Positions 50,429-58,140 of a stretch of 64,000 bases of DNA are shown piece by piece. A program made the position numbers and the translations under genes. The notes beneath the pieces were generated by a model. That model was not told the origin of the DNA and ran no database searches. It saw only the letters and a list, made by a program, of their open reading frames with translations. Position 1 is the stretch's first letter. Every line of letters begins with the position of its first letter. Source of the DNA: a virus; IMG/VR virus record IMGVR_UViG_3300022200_000033, positions 13,078-77,077 of that record; one strand, 5' to 3'.

Positions 50429-50837
50429 AATGTCATTATACTCTAAAGTTTAAAAATATTATGCAACCTATATAGCACATTACCTGGGTTAATGCGTAGT
50501 ATATGTCTCATTAATATGTTTTCTATATGTGTAAAAGTTTAAAAATTTTGTATTTTCAAAATTGACTAAAGTTTAATATTTTTTAGATGTGTACGATACG
50601 CAAATCTGACAAAACGGACATAACGGATTAGTGAGCACACTAGGAGAAATCCGTAGAAAATTGATCAAAAGTCGACTAAAGAATTTTATTTTAGCCATGT
50701 ATGCGACTATATCCGTTGTTATAGATATCCATATCTTCGGATACCGTTGCCTATACCGTCCTATTATCGGTCAATGTCAGACCCCTGTGTTAGTATGTAT
50801 ACATAAAGTTAAATAAACAAAAGAAAGAAGAAATAAA

Positions 50838-50963
50838 ATGTTAAACAGTTTCCAAAGAGAAGGTCAAGTCCTAGCACCATTGAACACTTGCATAGACGGT
50901 AACGGTCACGTTACTAGTGCTAGCAGAGTTTGTTTCAAGTGCAATGAAGATCTCAATAAGTGA
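50838..50963 (+). CDS. 41-aa Cys/His peptide (first cassette)
   Basis: MLNSFQREGQVLAPLNTCIDGNGH...CFKC; follows the motif promoter and an AGAAG RBS. Confidence 0.55.
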   Translation: MLNSFQREGQVLAPLNTCIDGNGHVTSASRVCFKCNEDLNK

Positions 50964-51074
50964 TCTAACTCACACAAAGACAATTCGGACATAACGGATA
51001 TTCAACTTCCCAAATGTCAGACCCCAATGTTATACTAAACATATAAAGATAAAGATACTAAAGAAAGTAATAAA

Positions 51075-51260
51075 ATGAACGTAATAACAAAAATCAAGTG
51101 CAATGGCTTCCTATGCCTCTCCTCTGCTACTCGCCATAATGCGATTGAGAATGTCTCTCGCGTATACCCTAACGGTAGTGTAGATATCATTCCAATGTGT
51201 GAGCGTTGCTCTACTTGTGCCCAAGATGTTTGGGAAGATGTAACGATAACCGTTATCTAA
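51075..51260 (+). CDS. Small Zn-finger-like protein
   Basis: C..C...CERC; own motif promoter. Confidence 0.65.
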   Translation: MNVITKIKCNGFLCLSSATRHNAIENVSRVYPNGSVDIIPMCERCSTCAQDVWEDVTITVI

Positions 51261-51333
51261 CTGCTATCTAACTACCCTCAAATAGGGTATCAAATGTCAG
51301 ACCCCTAGTGTAGTCTAGGACTATAAATAAATA

Positions 51334-51397
51334 GAGAGTAGAGCGTGAGCCTAGCAAATAATCCGAAAGGTGAGCCTAGCAAATAATCGTTCCTCTC
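51334..51397 (+). ncRNA. Candidate two-fold symmetric structured RNA
   Basis: Closing stem GAGAG-TA-GAGCG/CGTTC-CTCTC, two identical TGAGCCTAGCAAATAAT loops, CC-GAAA-GG cap. Confidence 0.6.
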
Positions 51398-51430
51398 ACC
51401 CCCCACAAACTAACTAATAAAGGAAATAAA

Positions 51431-51550
51431 ATGACTTACTTAATTGGAACATATCAGCCAGAGATGAACGGCTACCGTGGTGCAATTCCCGCCATGATCC
51501 ACTACAAGATCAAAGAAAATCATCACCGTTTGACAGATCCATTCATCTAA
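51431..51550 (+). CDS. 39-aa peptide
   Basis: AAGGA RBS; stop directly before the next motif. Confidence 0.55.
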   Translation: MTYLIGTYQPEMNGYRGAIPAMIHYKIKENHHRLTDPFI

Positions 51551-51606
51551 CAAATGTCAGACCCCCATGTTAATATAAACTTAATCAAACAAACAAAGGA
51601 AACAAA

Positions 51607-51768
51607 ATGCAATCACTACTAATAAAGACAGTACATGTAAAGACAGGTTTAGTACATGAGTTTGCCTATGAGTGCCATAACGAGGCTACACAAATGGCAA
51701 TCGTTAGCGGTACCTTGGAATCTTGCTCACGCACAGGTTGGGCTATATGCGAAATGCAGGTGGCATAA
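51607..51768 (+). CDS. 53-aa hypothetical protein
   Basis: AAGGA RBS after a motif promoter; TAATG-coupled to a short TM peptide. Confidence 0.6.
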   Translation: MQSLLIKTVHVKTGLVHEFAYECHNEATQMAIVSGTLESCSRTGWAICEMQVA

Positions 51769-51846
51769 TGTTAGATGCCGCGATATTTATTCTGGCAGGT
51801 GTAATTGTTGGCTATGTCATTAGACTAGCCCAAGAGATGAAAGAAG

Positions 51847-52062
51847 ATGCAAATGAAATTGACTAAGCGTGGTAACCGTGTTGTCTCTGTTGCATTTATT
51901 GCATTCATTCTATCTACCCTCGCGCTTGCGGGTAGGTTCGAAGCATTAGATCAATGCGCTACATTCCAAGCAGACAATAACTATTCTGATGCACTAGATG
52001 CAGGTTGCTCATTCGATGTATTGCCTAATGGCGAATATCCTTACACATGGGAGGTAAAGTAA
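51847..52062 (+). CDS. Small membrane protein
   Basis: 'KLTKRG' followed by a TM helix. Confidence 0.65.
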   Translation: MQMKLTKRGNRVVSVAFIAFILSTLALAGRFEALDQCATFQADNNYSDALDAGCSFDVLPNGEYPYTWEVK

Positions 52063-52226
52063 TGCAAATCAACACACCAACATTGCAAATTGTTTGGAAT
52101 GGATCACATACCGCTAACGTGTATAACTATTTAGATAATGAATTAGATGCATTTACTTTTGCTTTTGATCGCAAACCTAATGCAATTGATTTTGTTTCAG
52201 CTACCGCTCAATACTTGGAGGACTAA
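52062..52226 (+). CDS. 54-aa hypothetical protein
   Basis: GGAGGT RBS, TAATG coupling at both ends. Confidence 0.6.
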   Translation: MQINTPTLQIVWNGSHTANVYNYLDNELDAFTFAFDRKPNAIDFVSATAQYLED

Positions 52227-52477
52227 TGATAAATAATAAAAAAATAAAGATCAATCACATGATGGCAGATACTCTATCTATCTCTACAGGAGAGGGTGCA
52301 TATTGTGGAGAGGGATCTAGTGAAATTGCATTCTTCAAAAATAAAGATTGGCAAGTAATTCCAATTCCCGAATTCGCTACATACCATGATGGTAGTGATA
52401 GCGTTGCAGAGACAGCCGTCTATCCATATGTACCTAATGAAAAGATAGAAAAGTTTTTAGATAAATACCGCGCATGA
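52226..52477 (+). CDS. Hypothetical protein
   Basis: GGAGG RBS; 'SISTGEGAYC...EIAFF...VYPYVP'. Confidence 0.65.
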   Translation: MINNKKIKINHMMADTLSISTGEGAYCGEGSSEIAFFKNKDWQVIPIPEFATYHDGSDSVAETAVYPYVPNEKIEKFLDKYRA

Positions 52478-52662
52478 AAAGCGTTGGTATATAAGGGTTT
52501 TTGATATAGCTAAAATACGTTGGTAATAAAGGAGTTTTGGTGCCTGCTTTCTTGTTAATTGTTTTCGTTCTTTCTGTATGTGCTTGGGCGGCTAGTGTCT
52601 TGTAAAACCGTTGGTACTAAAGGGATTTTTAGACTTGACATTTGAGAAAAATCCCGGCCCCC

Positions 52663-52798
52663 TGTGGATAACTTGTGGATAACCTTAAGATAACCCTTAA
52701 GAACCTGTGGAAAACCTGTGGAAACCTATTAACCTAATGTTCATCTTTAACACGGCGTGTCGATTTGACAAGCTTTTTTGTGCATAACTTGTGGATAA
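52663..52798 (-). promoter_or_regulatory. Cluster of six DnaA boxes in three pairs
   Basis: TGTGGATAA at 52663, 52674, 52790; variants TGTGGAAAA 52706, TGTGGAAAC 52717, TGTGCATAA 52779 (reverse of TTATCCACA). Confidence 0.85.
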
Positions 52799-52906
52799 CT
52801 TCGTTATCATTCTGTTATAAAACAAAAACGGACATATAGGATATTCGATAGGTCAAATGTCAGACCCTCGTGATAGGATCTAGTTACTAGATCGAAAGGA
52901 TAAAAA

Positions 52907-53053
52907 ATGTTTATTTACCTAGTTACCCTTACCAATGGCTCTACCGTGCGTGTCGAAACCGCAGGTGACCCTACCGTACACCCCGCGTTCTTTGAGCGCG
53001 TAGCCAATGTGGAAACCATTGGTGAATCTGGCAAATTACTCTCCCTAGTGTAA
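52907..53053 (+). CDS. 48-aa cassette protein
   Basis: GAAAGGA RBS; stop TAA is the start of the next motif. Confidence 0.65.
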   Translation: MFIYLVTLTNGSTVRVETAGDPTVHPAFFERVANVETIGESGKLLSLV

Positions 53054-53105
53054 TGTCAGACCCCCATGATAAACTAAACTTAGAAACATAGAAAAGAGAA
53101 ATAAA

Positions 53106-53264
53106 ATGAAAACATTCCTACACACAAATGACAATTCCCCTATGCCTACCTGCTCAGGTTGCTATAACCGACATGAGCCAGAAATGTGTCCACACGGTGA
53201 CATTGACAGTCTGCTAGAAAATTGGGAATGCACTCACGGGCATTTCAATTGCACTAAGCACTAA
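53106..53264 (+). CDS. 52-aa Cys/His-rich cassette protein
   Basis: CSGC..H....C.H...C.H...C; stop overlaps the next motif. Confidence 0.6.
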   Translation: MKTFLHTNDNSPMPTCSGCYNRHEPEMCPHGDIDSLLENWECTHGHFNCTKH

Positions 53265-53314
53265 ATGTCAGACCCCTGTGATAGTCTTTACTTATTCAAT
53301 CGAAAGGAAACAAA

Positions 53315-53527
53315 ATGTACAATCTTCAGAATCTCCCTAAGGATACCGCTGACTACCTTAACGAGTATCACTTAATTGCTGCCCGTGAAATCTCTCGCTT
53401 GCAGGCTCTCCCTGAAAGTGTAAAGCAAGCAAATGCAAACTCTCACCTCATTGGAAATGTAGACGGCGTTAGTCGTTGCGTTGATTGCGAAATTGGTGTT
53501 TGGAATGCATGGAAGCGTCAATGCTAA
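53315..53527 (+). CDS. 70-aa cassette protein with H..CVDC
   Basis: GAAAGGA RBS; stop overlaps the next motif. Confidence 0.7.
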   Translation: MYNLQNLPKDTADYLNEYHLIAAREISRLQALPESVKQANANSHLIGNVDGVSRCVDCEIGVWNAWKRQC

Positions 53528-53573
53528 TGTCAGTCCCCCATGCTAAGATCAAAATCTAACGAAAGGTAAAACT

Positions 53574-53738
53574 ATGAATCATCAAGCAATCATCACCCAC
53601 GTTTATTGCGGTGTGGAAAGCACTAGCGAAGTGGAAGACTTAGACCTAACCATGTTCTATGCAAAGTTCACGGGAACTATAAAAGGCATAACTAATGCGG
53701 GTTCACACATAACCAAAGTGGAAACGGTGGCAGTCTAA
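53574..53738 (+). CDS. 54-aa cassette protein
   Basis: GAAAGG RBS; stop overlaps the next motif. Confidence 0.62.
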   Translation: MNHQAIITHVYCGVESTSEVEDLDLTMFYAKFTGTIKGITNAGSHITKVETVAV

Positions 53739-53785
53739 TGTCATACCCCCATGGTAATGTGATCCCCATAAAGAAAGGAAATCAA

Positions 53786-54690
53786 ATGTCGGAACTCAAT
53801 AAGGCTTGGCGAGATATCTACTACATGCTAGAAGATAACGCTTTCGACTATGTTGGAAAGCCATTCTATAACGACAAGGAAGGAACCGTACAACTTTGGA
53901 ACGGTTCACAATTCATAACATATGCGGAGGTTCCATTCTAATGACAAAAGTTTCTATGCCCCGCGCAGATTGGGATACCGTCATCATGATATTGACAGAT
54001 GCACGCGATAGCGGAAAGTTCGCATACCTTGATCACATAACAGACACCATTGACCATGCACTAGATACCCAGGAGAACTAATGAAACAATTATTTATTTA
54101 TCATCAAGGAACATCAACACTCATTCCATTGAATGATGAGGTGTATCTAGTTGCCGCCGATATTGTTGGCGATGAAATGATCAACGACATGTCTGAAGGT
54201 TGCAACGTGTATCCAATGGAACACAAAGGATACCGCTTAGACAATTACAACATGACCAATTTATTTTTTGGAGGTGCAGAGTGACAAACTTTATCTGTGA
54301 ACATTGCGAATCAAATGAAAATCCTCAATCTGAAATGTGGGAGGAACTGTGTGTGTATTGTAATGAAACAATGCTAATCGCAAACCTAGAAATGGTGCAA
54401 CGACAAATCAAACTAATAGAAATGGATTAGCATGAAAACAAATTGGGCGCTAACAGAAGAAAAAAATATCAGCTTCGAACATTGCAACCGTCCTGCGTAT
54501 TGGGAAAATGAAAATGTTTATTGCTCAAAGTGTGGAGAGGAATTGCCAGATGTTATCTAATAAAGATTTGACACAAAAAGAGTTTGACGTTGCGCTAGAT
54601 CTAAAAATTGCAATGAATTGTTTGATGCAAGAAAACACGTTGGGAACAAAGGAGTATTTGCAGTCTGCAATTAAAAAGTTGCATACCTGA
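53786..54690 (+). CDS. Run of six coupled small ORFs (53786-53941, 53941-54081, 54081-54284, 54281-54430, 54432-54560, 54550-54690); two carry CxxC motifs
   Basis: TAATG/GTGA coupling and GGAG RBSs. Confidence 0.6.
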
Positions 54691-54820
54691 AAAACTGTTG
54701 GTAATAAAGGGTTTTTTGGGGCCCGGCCCATTTTCTTCCACTTGTCAAGTCTTTAAGATGTGTTTAAGATCACACCGAAAAACCCTTGACTTTTTATATA
54801 AAATAAGATAAAATGACATC

Positions 54821-54961
54821 ATGATCAAGACACGAAAAAAGACTAGCGAAGAAATTAGATTCTGGCAAGAATTGCGTAGATCTAACGCTGCCCAGAGTCA
54901 TCGCAATAAGAAAAAATATACTAGAAAAAATAAGCACAAGTCCTTGACTTTCTCTGAATAA
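54821..54961 (+). CDS. 46-aa basic ArfA-like peptide, not in the ORF track
   Basis: MIKTRKKTSEEIRFWQELRRSNAAQSHRNKKKYTRKNKHKSLTFSE; leaderless after TTGACT-N17-TAAAAT. Confidence 0.7.
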   Translation: MIKTRKKTSEEIRFWQELRRSNAAQSHRNKKKYTRKNKHKSLTFSE

Positions 54962-54978
54962 TAAGATAGGTTAATCTC

Positions 54979-55098
54979 ATGATATTAGAACTTGACCAAG
55001 ATGAATTCGATCAATTTGTTTCTATGCTACTACGCGATCCTGTAAATAAGCCAAAGCTTGCTAATCGTATGGCTACCCCCGCACCCTTCACCGACTAA
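54979..55098 (+). CDS. 39-aa peptide resembling the C-terminus of TacA/AtaR (DUF1778) antitoxins, not in the ORF track
   Basis: MILELDQDEFDQFVSMLLRDPVNKPKLANRMATPAPFTD; leaderless after TTGACT-N17-TAGGTT. Confidence 0.65.
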   Translation: MILELDQDEFDQFVSMLLRDPVNKPKLANRMATPAPFTD

Positions 55099-55127
55099 AT
55101 GTCAGACCCCCATGTTAGGATAACACC

Positions 55128-55685
55128 ATGAATAAATTAGCAGATAGCCCCATTGCCCTTGCCGAAGTTTCGGAACACTCCTACTACCAATGCATATTGC
55201 AGGCTACCCTCGCCCAAGTTGAGCAGGCTAGTGTCTGGTACTTTGAGGCACAAGAAGTTGCGGAAGATGTTGCTGAGATCATGGGCGTGAGTTTGGAAGT
55301 GGGTGCTAGTGTTGTGTCTGCATTCTCTCCCCGCGAACGTTGGGCTAGCAATGTTGCCAAGGCGTTTGCATTCGCACACGGTAAGCCCGTCAAGGGTTTG
55401 TCTAATAATCTCAATATGGCTAACAATAGTTTGACAATGGGATTCGAAGCACTTAATGGTCAGAAGACTAATGCATTCGCTCGCGCTATCGCTGGCGACT
55501 CTGACGCGGTAGTGATTGACGTTTGGATGATTCGTGCCGCAGGACTTGACGCTAGCAAAGGTGTAAATAAAACACAATACAACACGCTAGTTGATTCCGT
55601 TCGCAAAGTTGCAAAAGAGTTTGGACTAACACCGCGCACCGCGCAGGCATTGATCTGGATTGTAAAGAGAGGTAGTGCAGAGTGA
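55128..55685 (+). CDS. Conserved phage protein with HhH-glycosylase-like motifs (DUF7178-like)
   Basis: 'WY','SAFSPR..W..N','KT.AF..AI.GD...VVIDVW','QA.IW'; leaderless start. Confidence 0.6.
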   Translation: MNKLADSPIALAEVSEHSYYQCILQATLAQVEQASVWYFEAQEVAEDVAEIMGVSLEVGASVVSAFSPRERWASNVAKAFAFAHGKPVKGLSNNLNMANNSLTMGFEALNGQKTNAFARAIAGDSDAVVIDVWMIRAAGLDASKGVNKTQYNTLVDSVRKVAKEFGLTPRTAQALIWIVKRGSAE

Positions 55686-55915
55686 GTGAAATAATTATTG
55701 ACCCAAAAATATTTAGTGATGAACTTTCAAAAGTTTATGCTAGTCGTAATTCTGAAATTTCGGTCACCCTTCCAAAAATTGCGTGGGAGTCATTGCTAGA
55801 AATTTTGCAGAGTCATAACGCACCGCATGGTGATTTTGACATAACAACAATAATAAATTTGCATAATGAAATATCTGATCAGATGGGAAAACAAATAAAT
55901 GATAAAACTTTTTAA
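55682..55915 (+). CDS. Hypothetical protein (followed by a 25-aa TM peptide, 55899-55976)
   Basis: GTGA coupling, GAGG RBS. Confidence 0.55.
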   Translation: MSEIIIDPKIFSDELSKVYASRNSEISVTLPKIAWESLLEILQSHNAPHGDFDITTIINLHNEISDQMGKQINDKTF

Positions 55916-56117
55916 TTTTTTTGCAGGAATTGTTTTGATTGGGCTTGCGATATTTTTTGCGTTCAAGTATTGGTGAGTCAAAAACTGTTGGTACTAAAGG
56001 GTTTTAGCGGCCCGGCACGTTTTATTAGCTTTGTCAACCTTTTAAGAATCAATTAAGAATATGGCAGAAATCTGCATGAATTTGACAAGTGTCAGTCCTC
56101 TATGCTAAGGTAACCAC

Positions 56118-56300
56118 ATGATTACAGAAGAGATGGAAATAGAGTCATTAGAAGAAGGCGATCAAATTCTTTTTGGGGAAGATGATGTATATAAGATATT
56201 GTCTATAGATGAAGACATAATGAAGCTAGTAGATGAAAGTGGAGATGTGTTTCAAACTAATTACATTCCCACCCAAAAATTTCTTTTAATAGTTGAGTAA
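56118..56300 (+). CDS. Small acidic SH3-like protein
   Basis: 'LEEGDQI....VYKI'; leaderless start. Confidence 0.6.
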   Translation: MITEEMEIESLEEGDQILFGEDDVYKILSIDEDIMKLVDESGDVFQTNYIPTQKFLLIVE

Positions 56301-56370
56301 AACCCTTGACAAATGTCAGACCCCTGTGGTAGGATAAATCCATAACAACAACAAGTAAGGGTGGTTACAA

Positions 56371-56865
56371 ATGGGACTAGATCAGTATCTATACGCAAGA
56401 AAGTATATCTCTGCTAACAACTACAGTAGGGATGAAGAGGGTAACTTTAGCGAAACGCCTAATCCAGAGTTTTCCAATATCATGGAGCAAAGTGGTCTAC
56501 CGCTAGATATTAACAAGTATACTTTTTCAGGATCAGCAAATGTGGCAATTCAGGTTGGATATTGGCGCAAGGCTAATGCCATTCATGGTTGGTTTGTTGA
56601 TGGGTTGGCTAATGGTGTAGATGAGTGTCAAGAAATCTATGTACCCCGCGAGAAATTGTCGGAGTTGCGCGATCTCTGCAAGTCTGCTCTCAAGAAACCT
56701 GCCATGGCTGGCGAGATTCTTCCACCTACCGCAGGATTCTTCTTTGGATCTAATGAAGTAGATGAATGGTATATGGACGACCTAAAGACAACAGTCGAAA
56801 TGATTGACTATGTTCTTGCCAATACCTCTGATGACTATGATTTTTTCTATCAAGCCTCTTGGTGA
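56371..56865 (+). CDS. Conserved phage protein
   Basis: 'MGLDQYL','YWRKANAIHGWF','GFFFG','YQASW'. Confidence 0.75.
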   Translation: MGLDQYLYARKYISANNYSRDEEGNFSETPNPEFSNIMEQSGLPLDINKYTFSGSANVAIQVGYWRKANAIHGWFVDGLANGVDECQEIYVPREKLSELRDLCKSALKKPAMAGEILPPTAGFFFGSNEVDEWYMDDLKTTVEMIDYVLANTSDDYDFFYQASW

Positions 56866-56994
56866 GGCTCCAACAATCGCATCCAAGTGCCTCCAAAAGT
56901 CGCACATAACAATTTCATAACGGTAGGGCAAATGACTTGACTCTATGCCCCAACTATGATAGGGTACTACTAACAACAACGAAGGGTTATAAAA

Positions 56995-57387
56995 ATGGGT
57001 GATCGTGCAAACTTTGGTTTTCGTCAGGAAGATGGATCTATTATCTTTCTGTATGGACATTGGGCTGGCGAGGGTATGATGAATACTCTGGCAGAAGCAA
57101 TTGCTAAAGCTCGACCACGTTGGACTGACAGTTCATATGCCACAAGAATTTGTATCTCACAAATCATTGGTGATGAATGGAAAGAAGAAACAGGCTGGGG
57201 AATCTCTACTTCGTTTGGAGATAATGAGCATTCTGTTCCCATTGTTGATTGGGAATCTCAAGCAGTTTCTCTCTATCAGGCAGATTGGAATACTGTTAAT
57301 ACAGACTTTCTCAATCATACCCCCAAGTTTGCAATGGGGCTGGAGGCGTTTATAAATAAATTTGCAAAGTACTTGACAACTGTATAG
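56995..57387 (+). CDS. Conserved phage protein
   Basis: 'MGDRA','LYGHWAG','RWTD.SYATRI'; SigA promoter at 56937. Confidence 0.75.
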   Translation: MGDRANFGFRQEDGSIIFLYGHWAGEGMMNTLAEAIAKARPRWTDSSYATRICISQIIGDEWKEETGWGISTSFGDNEHSVPIVDWESQAVSLYQADWNTVNTDFLNHTPKFAMGLEAFINKFAKYLTTV

Positions 57388-57435
57388 AAGTAGTGTAAGG
57401 TAATCCATATAACAACAACAACGAAAGGCAATAAC

Positions 57436-57612
57436 ATGGCAAAGAATCTAACATCCCGTACCCCCAAGAATGAAATCTGGGTTCGTACAATCGGTCAGTT
57501 TGCTGGCAAGAAGGTTGCAAAGAAAGTACACCGCTCAAAGGGTGGTCAATTTTTGGGTGGTACAAATCAAACCGCTGAAAAGTTGGTTGGTCGCGTGGGT
57601 GCATTTAGTTAA
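57436..57612 (+). CDS. 58-aa basic protein
   Basis: GAAAGG RBS, TTGACA-N17-TAAGGT promoter; 'HRSKGGQF'. Confidence 0.65.
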   Translation: MAKNLTSRTPKNEIWVRTIGQFAGKKVAKKVHRSKGGQFLGGTNQTAEKLVGRVGAFS

Positions 57613-57629
57613 TCTAACTTAGGTTAGAA

Positions 57630-57656
57630 ATCCTGAGCATGATCTCAAACTGCTCA
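57630..57656 (+). ncRNA. Mini H-type pseudoknot element, copy 1
   Basis: ATC-C-TGAGCA-T-GAT-CTCAAAC-TGCTCA. Confidence 0.55.
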
Positions 57657-57690
57657 ACTCAAATAAATCAAATCAAACAAAGGAAATAAA

Positions 57691-57828
57691 ATGGGTACAT
57701 TGACAATCGGTTCAGAGTTCGTTTCTCAGAAGTCAGCACACAAGGGTGTCATTGCTGAAATTGTAGAGAATGTAACTGGTTCAATGCGGGTACGTTTTGA
57801 AGATGGTCGTTGGACTACCGTTTCGTAA
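57691..57828 (+). CDS. 45-aa SH3-like protein
   Basis: AAGGA RBS; 'G.I.EIV.......RVRFEDGRWTTV'. Confidence 0.65.
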   Translation: MGTLTIGSEFVSQKSAHKGVIAEIVENVTGSMRVRFEDGRWTTVS

Positions 57829-58011
57829 TCTGATATAATCAAACACACAATTCAATAGTGGCTTGGGATATGCGACCCGTAGTTAATTCTACATCGACTC
57901 GCTTCCCCACTTGTAGTCTAGTGTACCAACATCATAGAGATATGACAAAAAATGTTTTGTCTCGCTACAAGTTAATCGTGAAGGGTTAAGCCTAGATACC
58001 TTCACACTCTT

Positions 58012-58084
58012 GGTTCTGTAGAGCAGCGGAGTGCTCGCCACCCTGTCACGGTGGAGGTCGTGGGTTCGAATCCCATCAGAATCG
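58012..58084 (+). tRNA. tRNA-Asp(GTC)
   Basis: Acceptor GGTTCTG/CAGAATC, anticodon arm CCACC-CTGTCAC-GGTGG, T-loop GTTCGAATC; no encoded CCA. Confidence 0.95.
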
Positions 58085-58086
58085 CT

Positions 58087-58140
58087 GTCCCCCTAGGTTG
58101 AGCATACCCACCCACCTTGCTCCCTGGGGGGACTCTTTTT
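58087..58140 (+). terminator. Long hairpin with C-rich loop plus U-tract
   Basis: GTCCCCCTAGG..GAGCA-TACCCACCCACCT-TGCTC-CCTGGGGGGAC-TCTTTTT. Confidence 0.7.

Noticed and set aside
50631-50816. 61-aa ORF in the strand-switch gap
   Set aside because: No RBS, runs through regulatory motifs, implausible composition
51345-51388. Mini-CRISPR
   Set aside because: Only two 19-bp repeats with a 6-bp spacer
53738-53785. ORF-track start at 53738
   Set aside because: That ATG is part of the promoter motif; the start with an RBS is 53786
57630-57656. Hammerhead ribozyme
   Set aside because: Has CTGA and AAAC but lacks the CUGANGA...GAAA core and three stems
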